Shown one piece after another: positions 1-12,266 of a stretch of 64,000 nt of DNA. Source of the stretch: Lama guanicoe. Taxonomy: Eukaryota. The stretch's first letter is position 1. Each line of letters begins with the position of its first letter. Location: contig MU057356.1 of NCBI GenBank assembly GCA_013239625.1, forward strand, positions 33,171,707 through 33,235,706, written 5' to 3'. A program made the position numbers and the translations under genes. The notes beneath the pieces are model-generated. The model did not search any database and had not been told where the DNA came from. It was given only the letters and a program-made list of their open reading frames with translations.

Positions 1-1454
1 AGAGAACACATGACGAAGGTACTAAACGGTTAGGAATTGCATACATTTTTATCATGGTCATTGATGGAACCATGAGGGAAACTTTCGCTGAGCCTGAGCC
101 TGTGCATGCAGACTTGTCCACTACACAACCTCAAGCCTAGAGGGGGAAAGAGAAGCAGCAGTCAGGGAGCTAGAGTGATGGCTTTTCCTAAAATTAGTCA
201 GAATCAGCATTTAAAAAAACAGGCTGATGGTAAACTTGTGGCTGAGTATAACAAATGGACTGGGTGCTCAACATCTGGCCTTGCCACATTCAACTTCAAC
301 AAAATAGCGCTGAACTGACAAACCTGTCACTTTTCCTCTTGCAAACTGGACGTTCTTGCTTTTATAAGCCCCATCCTCAACTTTAATCTAAGAAACAGTC
401 TTCATGGGCCTTTTTCCCCTTATATATACATATATCCAAGTAAGTCTCCAATACTTTACCCTTATTGTGAATTATTCTCTGCAGCTTAATAATCACTCTC
501 CCTGATTGTCTTTATTTTTCTTTCCTCCGTAAAAAGTTCTGATCAAAGGATCTCTTCAGTATGGCTGTCAGTTTCACAAAGCTGTGAAATATTTTAAACA
601 GACATTAATCTTCAGCCTTCTGACCACTTTCCCTTGCTAACCCACGTGGATCCCTAGGTGGCCATTAACACTTGATTTTTATGATCATTGATTGCTGCAA
701 TAGCACTCCCTTTGGTTTTCACTAAAACCACTTAGGTTCCTCAGTGTGAAAGAAAATAGAATCTGTAGTTGCACTTGCTGCTGTTCTAACTTATTGTGCA
801 GCATTTTTATTGGATCAAATTAGATATTACATATTACAGTATCCATAGACCGATAAAAGGACTCTGCATATGTGTTCCATTATTGTCATTTCAGTTAGGA
901 TTAAGAATCTACTACCAAGTATGGAGAAGCGAGAGAGAATGTGAATGAGACAGTAGTACTCTAGAATGCTACCATTTTAGCTGTACCTTAGCTCTTTGAC
1001 ATCTGCAGCATTTGTTTCCATGACTTTTGCCAATATGACCATAAGTCTCACCTCTAAGTGGAATCTCCATACTCAGACTATGAGCTGTCTATGGTTCTTC
1101 CCTCACCCACAATTATACAGCAGATGGTGAAAATGACTCAGAATAAATCTGTTGGATCAGTTTTTCAAAGGCAAGAACAGTCAACCAGACTGTTGACTAC
1201 CTTGGCACTGAGCCTTGTGGACAGTTAGGGGGAACTGCCGCTGCATGAATATGCAAATAAATGAAATTGAACTCTGCAAGGGTGGAGACAATATTTTCAG
1301 TCTTTCAGTGTCTCTTCCAAGCTTCTATCAACGTCTTAATAGTGACACCTGACTTCAGTGGAGCAGAAGGGCTTCTGCATTCCAATTTTTCTTACTTTCT
1401 TGATAGCATTTTCCTTTAACAGATTGAGCAATGACTGTCAGCATAAATCAACAA

Positions 1455-1565
1455 TTTTCAGAGCTGTAGAGAGTCTCAGAAGTCATTTTATTCTATTCCT
1501 TTTAGAAGATAAAATGAGGCTAAAGAAGGTTAAAGAGATGATGTGACCTGCTCGCCCTGTACAAC
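1455..1565 (-). mobile_element. MIR-family SINE fragment
   Basis: Degenerate antisense MIR core (agataaaatgaggctaaagaaggttaaa...tgacctgc). Confidence 0.45.
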
Positions 1566-2108
1566 CTTTCTTTCCAAAGGTCTTTCCAAATCCATCTTCT
1601 TTGAGTTGAATAATTTTGATTTGCAAATATTAAATCATTTTTATCAGCAGAAACATGGCTAGTATTTAATTTCCAACCTTTATTTCTGGACTCTACTTAC
1701 TTTTAATGGAGATAATTAAGAAAGTCATAAAGTACAGGCAGCTATTGGCTCACTTTGTTTGGAATCATATTTAAGTATGTCCCAATAGCTCCAAGGTAAT
1801 ATCAAAGTTTCTAGATTTTAAATATACTTAGGACCTCGGAGAGAAAGCAGAATTCTTAGTTCTTGAGTGAAGAAGCTGTGGGAATTTCAGCAACCTACGT
1901 TCAAGATCTTTAGGAACACAGGTCCCAGAAATGCCTGGAAAGGATTGCTATCCTGATCCCCAAAGCCCGAAGCCATAAATGCAGAACTTAGTTTCTCGTA
2001 TGTATTACAGTTGGCTCTGAGAGGTGCAGGCTAGGAGTCTGTTGTTTCTTTCTAGATATGCTATATCTCCTGAAAAAAGGAAGAAAGGAAGAAAGAAACA
2101 GATGCTTC

Positions 2109-2572
2109 TGTATTCATTTCCTGCTTCTGCTGTAAAAAACCAGCAACATAATAAGTTAAAGCAACACAAATTATTTTATAGTTCTGATGATCAGGAGCCC
2201 CATGTCAGCTTTAATGGGTTAAAGGGAAAGAGTCAGCAGAGTTAGTTTCTCCTGGAGTCTCCAGAGAAAGTTCTGTTTCCCTATCATTTTCTGCTTCTAG
2301 AGACTACCTGATTTCTTGGCTCATGGCCCATTCCTTCAACTTCAAAGCCAGCAATGTGGCATTTTCTATCTTCTCTGACCTCTGATTCCATCATTGTATC
2401 TTGTCAACCTCTGATATTCTTGCCTCCCTCTTGCTGAGCCCATCCAGATAATCCAGGATAATCCCCCCATCTCAAGACCCTCAGTCACATCTGCAAAGTC
2501 CCAAAGAAAACAGATCCATAGCTTCCAGACATTAGAATATGAACATCTTGGGACCATTATTTGGCCTACTAT
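2109..2572 (-). mobile_element. MaLR solo LTR, MLT1D-like
   Basis: Antisense MLT1 hallmarks: tgtatt..tttcct start, gcaacacaaatt..tagttctg, cttcaaagccagca, ccagataatccaggataatc, cacatctgcaaagtccc, cattatttggcctactata end. Confidence 0.8.
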
Positions 2573-4149
2573 AATTTCCTAGATCTCTATCAAATCATGG
2601 TCTCAATTCTGGAAAAATGGGAGCTGTATTTTCTAAAGGAACGTGACGATGAAGCTATCTTGCCTTCTTTTGTCCTCCTCCCAAACCCAGTTAGGCTAGG
2701 ACAATCCTGAGGGACGTGTATATCAAGAGACAACACAGAATTTGGAAGGATAATACTTCAGAATCCTCAGGAAGTGGGAAAAGCAAAACCAGCAGTCAGG
2801 AGGGATAGTCAAGTTGAAGAGAAGCCAAATGGCTTCTCAAACCAAAGGTGATTGGCAGTGGCTTAAATGACAGAGGTTCGTGATCAAGGCACGTCAGAAC
2901 CACAACCCTGAGCCCTAAGTTCAAATGTGAGAGAAATTATATGTGATTTATTTTGTTTCAAGCTCTGTATAATATGATTAAATCAGAGGCCACACTGATA
3001 CGTTAGCCAGTATCCCTATATGAAATGCTCAGTCTCTCATTGCCACCTCTCACCTCTGATTGTCTCTTCAGATGATGTTCAGACCTACAGAAGAAGTATA
3101 AAGTCAGTAGCCAAAATGTCCTTCTCAAGTTTGGGGTGAGAATTTTCCTAACCTTCTGCTGGTCTTGGGGCACACGATGACTGGCACACTCTTGGGTCCA
3201 CAGCGACTAGCTTTGTAATCAACCTTGGTTTAAATCAGTGCGTTAGGGGATAACACTCCCAGGCTTGGTCCTAGCCTGATAGTGCTCTCTGGCTGACCCA
3301 TCCTGACCTTACCTCCTCCTGGCTGGAGCCCCCTCCAGAAGTCTTCAACATCCCCCATTCAGACCTCTGGCTCAACAGTGCTCCCTGTCCTCTGCTGCAA
3401 ACATGACAGACCTGCTGCCACCACAACGCATCTGCTGGGGCTTCACTCACCATCCACGATACACACCAACTGAGAGCTGCATGTGAAAATCTAACCCTCA
3501 GGCCTTTCTGTCTGACCACACTCCATAACATGGTGTACTTCAGCCTGTCTAAAATTGTGCCTTCAAGGTGGTCTCTGGGTCAAGTATCAAATAAGAGCTC
3601 CCAGCCTCATCATTCATTTCAGCTCATGTCGCATATATATATGCACACAGATGCACACGCACGTATCATTCCAGGCTGAAGGCAAAAAGAGGACATTGAG
3701 AAATAGGAAAATGAAATAATACCTATCTCCTTTTTCCCCTCTGCCATTCTTCAAGGATAGAAAAGGACACAGTTTTGCTGACTTCTATTGCATAATCCCT
3801 TCCTTCTGACTCCAGCCAAGCCTTAAAGGTATACAGGAATAATTTATCCTAAGTATGAGAGCCTTCTATGATATGAGTTGCATAAATTCAGTAATTAATG
3901 TTTTACTTTGGGGTATGTAAGTTTAGTAAAAATGTTTTCTGATGTTCTGTTTAACGTGTCAGAAACTGAATATTGTCTCAGCAAAATTCTCATTCCTTTT
4001 GTAGGAAATTGTAATAGAAGCCTCAGTGGAAATAGTGTAAAAGTCTTACACTTAAAAAGCAGAAGAGAAAGTAAAAGTACTTTTTTAGTTTCCTCTGTTT
4101 GAAAAGGTTAACGTCACTAGTGACCTGTCATGTGATACCTTATACTCTT

Positions 4150-4564
4150 GCTATAACAGAATGCAAAGGGCCATTCAGTTCTGTGGTCTTCTTCCCTATT
4201 AATCCCAGTCTAATCATGACAGAAACACCAAATAAACCCAAATTGAAGAGGACAAGTACTCCATGAACCTCTCAGGTCTTGAAAAAGATTGACTGAGAAA
4301 TGTCACAGACCAGAAGAGACTGAGAAGACTTGACAACTAAATGCAATATGGATGGGATCCCGGAATTGAAAAAAGGTATCATGGAAAAACTGGTGAAATC
4401 TAAATAAAGTCTTTAGTTAACAATATTGTACTGATATTGGTTTCTTAGTTTTGAAAAATGTACCAGGGTAACGTAAAATGCTAACATTGGGGCCAACTAG
4501 GAGAGGGGTATAGGAGAACTCAGATTTTTCTTCACATTCTATGATCCATAAGTATTTCAAAATA
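4150..4564 (+). mobile_element. Old L1 3' end (L1MC/L1MD-like)
   Basis: aatcccagtctaatcatga..., acaactaaatgcaa, aaactggtgaaatctaaataaagtct, ttcttagttttga.aaatgtacca, gagggggtata-type 3'UTR motifs. Its tail resumes near 4841-4870 after a younger L1. Confidence 0.75.
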
Positions 4565-4840
4565 GAACAGACATAGAAAAAAACTATGGTTACCAAAGGG
4601 GAAAGGGGTGAGGGGATAATTAGGAGTTTGTGATTAACATATACACAGATATATAAAACAGGCAAAAACTAAGACCTACTGTATAGCACAGGGAACTATA
4701 TTCAATTTCTTGTAATAACCTATAATGGAAAAGAATCTGAGTATATGTTTATGTATAACTGAATCACTTTGCTGTACACCTGAAACTAACAACATTGTAA
4801 ATCAACTATACTTTGATAAAAAATTAAAAATTAAATTAAA
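4565..4840 (+). mobile_element. Cetartiodactyl-type L1 3' end, 5'-truncated
   Basis: cagacatagaaaa..tatggttaccaaaggggaaagg, tgtatagcacagggaactatattcaa, ctgaatcactttgctgtacacctgaaactaac..ttgtaaatcaactatact followed by an A-rich tail. Confidence 0.9.
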
Positions 4841-4879
4841 AATTTCCAAAATAAAAAGGTTGTATAAAAACAACAGAAT

Positions 4880-5215
4880 TAGTGACACACCATTTCCAAG
4901 ATTAGGTTATGAAAACACAGACTTCCACCTTGCTCACTTCTAACCCTAGAGTCTGCACTCTGGGGAAGCAAGTTGCCATGTTGTCAACAGCCCCACCAAG
5001 AAGCTCAAAGAAGTGGTGTCTCCAGTCAACAGGAAGCAAGGACCTACGCCTACCAAGCATTTACATAAATGAACTTGGAAGTGATTCTCATCCACCCTAG
5101 CCTTGAGATGACTGGAGCCTCAACTGATACCTTGATTTCAATCTTGTGACAGGCTTAGAGATGTCCAACTAATTCATGGATTCCTGACCAACAGAAACTC
5201 TGGGAATATATTTAC
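4880..5215 (+). mobile_element. MaLR LTR fragment, MLT1E/F-like
   Basis: gattaggttat, actctggggaagcaagttgccatgttgt, gaacttggaagtgattct, gccttgagatgact, ggattcctgaccaacagaaact motifs. Confidence 0.75.
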
Positions 5216-6144
5216 AGTAAAAATACAATTGAACTGTCAATTTAAGGGCCCAACCAGTGGATATGACCAATAAACTCATGAATTATGATAAAAGCAGAAT
5301 AATTAAGCAAGAAAAGTTATAAAACAAGTGAAACTAAGTTCTGGCATTTCTTTTGACCACCCAAATCTACCTTTCAGGTACAGAGAATAAGGAGACTGAA
5401 AACAGAAGCCTGGTCCAGAATTATGTCCCTAACAAAATCATTACTCTAAGAGGCGTGCATGGAGAAAAAAAGCAGGAATTCAAAGCTTACTGTATCGGTA
5501 CATTTTGCAGGTGCTGACAATGACAGGCTTGTAATTATGCAAAGAGAACTTCAAACACACTCAATGACTGAGAAAAAAAGATCTGTTACACCAAAAATTC
5601 TTTACAAGTTAAAAAAATGTCTAGATTTAGTCTAGTCACTTAATATTAAGTTTGATGAGAGTTATAAGAAAGGAAGTTGAAATCTAATGAAGTTTCTTTA
5701 GTTTCCTATTTTTCAATGAGTAAAACTGTGCTCTTTTATGAGTACTGATGAGACCAGATTATTTCATAAAGGCTACAATTAAATTCATATTAAATTTGAA
5801 ACTAATGCTCTAGGGAAAAATTCTACTTTATTCCTAATTATCAGTACCCAGAATAATTTAATCTACCCCAAAATTTAGTTCCCTCTTAGTGATATTTAAT
5901 AGATATTATTTTCTCCTGTAAAACTAATTTCTAACTATCTAATCTCTGACAGCAGGGAGTAAGAAAGAAAATGAACTGTTAAATATAGGAAACACTGAAT
6001 AAGACAGTAAGAAATTAAACTGAAAAACTATGATTCAAGTGAAAATTGAAGTCAGGTATTCCTGAAACATCAGGAAAGCAATTCAGTATTTTGGGGAAAT
6101 GTAAGAAAACTGAATGTCTATTATCAAGCCGATAGTGGCTCAAT

Positions 6145-6477
6145 GGGCAATTTAGTAATGTCCATCAAAATTTGTAAGGCACTAACCCATTGAACCAGCC
6201 ATTCAACTTCAAGAAATGAACAAAGAAACATAAATTATACAAATTTATGTGTAGAATGATACATTCATTGCATTAGATGTACCAGCCAAAGATTGAAAAT
6301 AACCAAAAATGCAATCAATGAATCTCTGTACTATCCATACAATTGTCACATACATTTTACACTCTATACAAGTAAAAACTCTCACTTATTAAAAAGAAGG
6401 AGATTGATCTACATGTACTGACATGAAAGATGTGCATGATGTATTAGTAAGCAAAAAGCAAGCTGTAGAACATTATG
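6145..6477 (+). mobile_element. Old L1 (L1ME-like) 3' fragment
   Basis: gggcaattt..., ccagccattcaacttc, ttgaaaataaccaaaaatgc, gatctacatgtactgacatgaaagatg, aagcaagctgtagaac motifs. Confidence 0.65.
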
Positions 6478-6487
6478 GACATGTGGC

Positions 6488-6856
6488 TGCCCTGAAACAG
6501 TCTCCCTTACATACCTACATGGCTTGTTTTCTCACTCCCTTCAAATCTAAGCACCTGAAATAATCTTCATAAAAAGGTCCTCCCTTATCACCTATATGAA
6601 ACTGAACACCCACACACAACTAGCACCACATTATTTATACCTTTCTATGCACTAATGTCATGTATGTATTTATTTAGGGGAGGTCACCTGGCATGTTACA
6701 GGTACATTTATTTGTTCATTGTCTGCCTTTTCCTTGGAAAATTTAAGCTTCATGAAAGAAGGGTCTTGGTCTGTATCTCCTTGTTTTCAAAACCAGGCCA
6801 ATGCATACTAGGTAATCAATTACTATTTGTTGAAAAAATAAATGGAAGAATGAATC
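6488..6856 (+). mobile_element. L2 3' end
   Basis: catggctt..ctcactcccttcaaatc, attgtctgcct..aagcttcatga..agggtc, tatttgttgaa..aatgaat terminal repeat. Confidence 0.75.
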
Positions 6857-9025
6857 CCTATTAGCAGATGAGCAAAGTCGTGTATCAAAGAGTTAAATGG
6901 TTTAGCTGAATTCATGCAGCCTCTGAGAACTGATGCTAGATTATTCCAACTCTGAGAGTGTGCTGCTAACTCCTTTAGGACACACTCTCCCACTCTCCTC
7001 TCTTCTCTCTGTCAGAAGCACAGCAGTTAAGAGTTTGGCTGTCAAATGCCCCCAGTTTGTGGCACATTATCACTGAAGTTAGACTTCGCAAGTTTCTGTT
7101 CCTTTGTTATTTCGCCCTTCACCCTAAGAACACCCACTGTGCTATTTTTAAGCATATCCCTAGATATATGTGTCCTTGAAAGCTATACACACACTGTGCA
7201 CATGTGGGGCTTTTTTAATGGCTGTAACGTGTTTTATTTATTCATTTATACAACCTAGTGGCTTACTCTTAGAGCTTATGGGATCCATTCTCACAGTTAT
7301 AGTCGTGACTGCTTTCAGTGGTTAAATCAGAGAACACTGGCCAGCAAAACGTAAGACAATTTTATTTGTGTGTCACAATTGTGATTCTAAAGAAGAACTT
7401 TTCAAAAAGGTATTTCAAGCCAAGTCTGCCTGGGCTCCTCATGATAGTTACCCCACTTTTAAAAGAAATGTCTCCATTATTTTATCCAAGGATTCTATCT
7501 TAATTTTTAATGTCATCGAGTCCTTAGTGCCTCAAGCCAAAAATAAAAATTCTAAATTGGTTAGATTTTTGTCAGATAGAGGAGACACATATTCAATTTA
7601 TATGTTCCATTTTGAATACTTGTCTCCGCTTGTCTCTCAAAACTGACTTTACAGTTGGAGATACGTTAGTTTAACAGAGAAACCTTAATCCAACCACCTA
7701 CACATAAAAACAGGGCTGGATGTTCATCTCTATTTGAGCTGAAGATGCTGCCAACTAATAAATGGAAAGGCTGAGTTAACTACATATGTGTTTTTAATGG
7801 CACTTTATATCTCATTTTGTTTAGTACCTTTTCTAGGCAAGAATAACCCTTGTTGTTAAGAGCTATTGCCCATCCTGGGAAACCTTGCCTATGTTTGTGA
7901 AATGTCACTGAGTAGTTTGTATCCTTTGTTAATTCAGGACCTCTCCCAACAAAGGGAGGCCCAGAGCACTCATCTCCTGCCTGCCTGCCTGCCTGCCAGC
8001 TTCATTCTTACTTATCCACAATCAGAACTCCTCTCTTGTGCTTGCTAGGATGAAAAACAACACTTGGCAGTTTCTCTTAGGGCACATTTTCCCAAATTCC
8101 ATTCTTTGGATTGGGTTCATAGGAGTTCACATACTGTAATGCTTCCTAAAGCAGTTGGGACTTGGCTGGCAGAGTTTAGAAAACTTTCTTGACAACTTTA
8201 TGCTGTCCGTATAATTCAGCCTTGACCTGCAGAGCAATGCTCAGAAAAGGACCGAAGTCTAGACTCCACAACCACTTAACCTTTGGCCTCACTACTAAGG
8301 CGGCCATCAAGGCCACCAATTAGTGGTACAGCTGAAAGTGGATTTAGATAGCTTTTTTCAAACTCTGCAAAACATCAGAGGCAGAAAAGAAAAGAAAAGA
8401 AGTGGAGAGAAGATCTCAGGGTTATTTCTTTGATTAAAAAAAAAAAATAACAGAAGTTCTCTCCTCCAGGCTTTGAACTTTCTATTACAAGCCTAAGAGA
8501 AAGGAAAACTGAAAGAGAAATTCCCCACCAGCTCTATGTTATTTCTGTTTCCTAAAATACTTGTAGACATCCTCCAATGACAAACTTGTTTAAATTCACT
8601 GAATTTGATTATCCACCTGGTCATTACAAGGCTAAATCTCTAAATCTTTTTTTCTTCTAAATATCTTATAATTTAGGGTGCGCAGAGAATATTAAGGAAT
8701 CAAAACCATAAACATATTTTACCTCAGGTGTTTAACTGAGTCATTATTATTATATAATAAAGTTGGGAGTGTTGGGTTTTCACTGCCTTATTTTCAATTC
8801 ATTAGAAAGTCTGTTTTGTTTCTTTCATTTATCAAATACATTTGCTTCTTGTCCTAGGACAACCTCTCCTTGATAGAGGCGTTAACTAAAGTTGTGAAAG
8901 GATGAGTCTATATCCTGAAACTTAACAGGCTAGAAGTACAGACATTTTATTCAGTGTTGACTCCTTGCTTTCCTTTTGAAGTAGGAATATTGGAAGTATA
9001 CAGGAAAAATGTTTCCTCTTCCTCA

Positions 9026-9098
9026 CCCTGCCACTTCCTAGCTGTGTGTCCTTGGGTAAGTCACCTACTGTCATTCCGCCTCAATTTTTTCATCTGTC
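9026..9098 (+). mobile_element. MIR core
   Basis: ctgccacttcctagctgtgtgtccttgggtaagtcac...cctcaattttttcatctgt. Confidence 0.7.
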
Positions 9099-9671
9099 AT
9101 CACTTAGAATGAAACATTACTTAATACCTAGGTTGAATATGCAAAAATAAATCTCACCAATGCTATGAAAAACAAAAAAAGCAGCCGTGGTGGGGTGAAT
9201 GGCAATAATTGTCAACTTTTTCATATTACAACTTGATTAAGCCATGTTAAAAAAAATAAAACATTAATATATAGGGAAAGATAAATGACTAATATATACA
9301 GGCAATTATGAAGCAATGATGCTAATAAAGTGTGACAGCCTGATATTCTGCAACCACTTTTTATGTTACTATCACACCTAGGTGATGTGTCTCTGGAGAT
9401 AATATAAGACGAAAATTGTTTTTCTTTTTCCCTCTACAATTCTCTGAACTAACCAAATGTGCTTAAATTTTAATCTTTTGAGCTACATGAAACTGATATA
9501 CAACAAGAACAAAGCAAATTGGAAGTAACTAAAAGTCGGGCTTTTCTTAATCACCTTACATAGTCCCAGACAATATAGTTTTGTGTAGTGTATATATATG
9601 CATAATTTTTTTTATTTTAGAAAACACCACCACAGCTAGAACACTACAGCAACTTAATCAAAATCACTTAC

Positions 9672-9723
9672 GTCTTTTGTTGGAAATCCACTACAATTAA
9701 CAATGAGGCAAAGGAATGACTCT
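9672..9723 (-). other. Candidate 52-nt exon or pseudoexon
   Basis: Minus strand cttattttctcttag|AGAGTCATTCC...CAAAAGAC|gtaagt; two frames open (ESFLCLIVNCSGFPTKD / SHSFASLLIVVDFQQK). Supported by splice motifs only. Confidence 0.3.
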
Positions 9724-10839
9724 CTAAGAGAAAATAAGTATCTTTTTATATCTAATTTGTCATTGAAATGCATTGTTCTACTTACTATTTTCATAAAGCA
9801 ATCTCCTGCCTCTCAATCATCTAAGACATAGACAACTCCAAACATCAAGAACTCCTACCTCTCAGCAAAGGTCTAATTCCCACAGCTGCCTTTCCCCACT
9901 AAAGGAAAAAAGCTGAGAAGGGCAAGAACGGTGATGGCATGTAAGCCATGACACAGTTTGGAGGTTGTGACTTATCATGCACATCCAGACTCCACTTCCC
10001 CCTAAAATTCTTTTGATTGCTTTTCTTGTTGTCCCTAGAATGAAACTTACCATATATGTGTTAAGAATTCACTCATTTGTGTTCACCCTTTCAGTAGTCC
10101 CCACTTCATTTGTAGTCTTCTTAACTGATGTTTTCCCTGTCCTTGCAGGGCAGAAATTACAAGTCCTTTGAAGTTGAAGGATCCTCCAGTCTTGAAATGT
10201 TTCCAGTATGTTCTCCAAAGAGGGAGAGAAAGGGAAGAGTGGGTGGAGGAAGCACATGTGGGCAGAATTCTTCCAGGCTGCAAACAGTAATGCTGTCTGC
10301 AGGTCTCAAGGATTCAAGAACTGGAGACTCACATCCCATTCCCTGCAAGAACCCTGAAGGCACAGCAGCAGGAGCTCACAGGAGAAGGTCTGGATCATTC
10401 AGACATACTGAGCACAAGAAATGAGAATGTCTAGCATCAGCAAAACATCTGTCCCCACTGGGGGATCTCTGCTCAACACTGGGAACATCGAGGAGGAAGT
10501 CACATAATGCCTGAGACTGAATTCCCCTACCGCCCCAGCCAGGCGGGATGGGTACTTGAATTTGGATAAAATTTAAAGAATAAAATAAAACAAGATCTCC
10601 CACCCATCTGTGGCTTCAAATTCACACCTATTGAAATCCCCTGTTTAGTAATAACCTCTTCTTACTCCATCTACTTGTTAGTCTTCCCTGTCACTTCTTC
10701 ATTTAGTTCAACATCAACTCCCAAAGGAGAGAGTATAGGTACCTCCTCTCTTTCTACAGGTCCCCAACAACGTATTTTCTCACCTCTTACAATCAAGTTT
10801 CTACCTCAATACCATAATCAAAAATCAAAAGATATTTAC

Positions 10840-11230
10840 AATGATCACCACTAACCTCCTCCTTGCCAAAACCAATGTTTTTCCCAGCTATCCTAACAGA
10901 TTTTCCATACACCAAATCTCCCTTGTCTTTGTCTTCTTCCTGGAACTTCCGTCCAGGGCTCTCATTGTCCCCCATCTTCCTCTCCCCATCCCTTCACTGT
11001 TGCTACTCCCTAGGATCCTTGACCCTCTTCTGTGCTCTCATTCCACATCTGATCTCCTTGATTTCCATAGCTACTTCAGACATTGCTTACACGTTGATTA
11101 CACATCATTGCCAGGAAGTTATCTCCAAATTAATACCCTTCTGCCTTGTCAAAATTTGCATGCTCAAGTTGAACACATCTTGCTCTTTAAGGAGTTGCTT
11201 CTCTCCTCAATTCATTCCCATTCAGTTGGT
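10840..11230 (+). mobile_element. Degraded L2 fragment
   Basis: atcaccactaacctcctccttgccaaaaccaatg and pyrimidine-rich L2-like body; accounts for the spurious 142-147 aa ORFs. Confidence 0.55.
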
Positions 11231-11814
11231 TGGCAAGGACCATCTCACAGGCATCATATCAAGGGTAATACAGAAGGCAAATGAAGCCTAGAGTAAGTCA
11301 CTTAGGCCAGCTTACTACAGATCATTCAGAGAACTCTGTCCTGGCTTTCTATTTTTATATAGCCACAGTCAGAATCTGTAAGATCCTCCATTCTTTCTTC
11401 AACTCCCAGCTACATGTCAATGTCCAGGGTGACCTTGGGAGTCACTTGCTGGTGAGCACTGTTACATGGCAGAGACTGTCAGTGCAAGTCCCAAAGTATC
11501 TGTGTGGAGACCTTCCCTTAGCACAGTTTTATTGTGTTAAACCCACTGGAAGTCCAAGATTTATCTGTTACAGAATTAGTGCAACCCTGACACATACAGG
11601 TGATAGAAAAGTGATGCTTAGCACAACAAAGTACTTACAAGATCACACAGCTAGCCATATCAGAAATTTGGGGATTTCAATTTGTAAGCAGGTCCCACTG
11701 ATCCCAAAATCCATTTTCTTTCCACTTACCTATGGCTCACCTGGCTCATCAATTTAAATAACAGTTTTTTCAATTGCCACCTACCTAACTTTTATCCAAG
11801 TCTATGCTTCTCTT

Positions 11815-11938
11815 TTTTTTGGAGGGAGGAGGTAATTAGGTTTGTTTGTTTATTTCTTTAAAGGAGGTACTGGGGATTGAGCCTAAGACCTCATGCATGC
11901 TAAGCACACACTCTACTGCTGAGCTATACCCACCCGCC
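11815..11938 (-). mobile_element. Camelid tRNA-derived SINE (vic-1-like) with target-site duplication
   Basis: Antisense of gggtatagctcag..gtagagtg..gcttagcatgcatgaggtc..ctcaatccccagtacctcc..aaacctaattacctcc. TSD tatgcttctctt at 11803-11814 and 11942-11953. Confidence 0.9.
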
Positions 11939-12094
11939 ATGTATGCTTCTCTTAATCATGAAAATACAGTATCTCTCCTTCCATTTTCTGATGCCCTAGC
12001 ACCTGTTTGAAGCAAGTAAAATGAACAAAACAGTTAGAACAATTTACACTAAAGGAACATGAGCAATGAAACATACTCATCATCTCCTTGAGCT

Positions 12095-12266
12095 TAGTTC
12101 TCACATATGTATGACCTCTATCAGAATTACTGGGGATGCTTGTTAAAGACAGACTCCTGGGCCTCATCCCAAACCCAGTGCTTCACAATCTGTGTTCTGC
12201 TAGCTGTTTAAAATCCACATCACAGGTTATTCTGATATATACCAAAGTAAGAGAACCAGGACTCTA
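12095..12266. mobile_element. MER5-like hAT-Charlie MITE
   Basis: atcagaattactggggatgcttgttaaa..cagactcctgggcctcatccc..ggttattctgat..aaagtaagagaacca. Confidence 0.65.

Noticed and set aside
10149-10205. Plus-strand exon-like segment (ccttgcag|GGCAG...TTCCA|gtatgt)
   Set aside because: Isolated, opposite to the inferred host strand, and no recognisable peptide; probably a pseudoexon.
10841-11757. Longest ORFs in the track (147, 142 and 158 aa)
   Set aside because: No recognisable domain. They overlap pyrimidine-rich degraded L2/MIR sequence and have the L/S/P/H-rich composition typical of chance ORFs.
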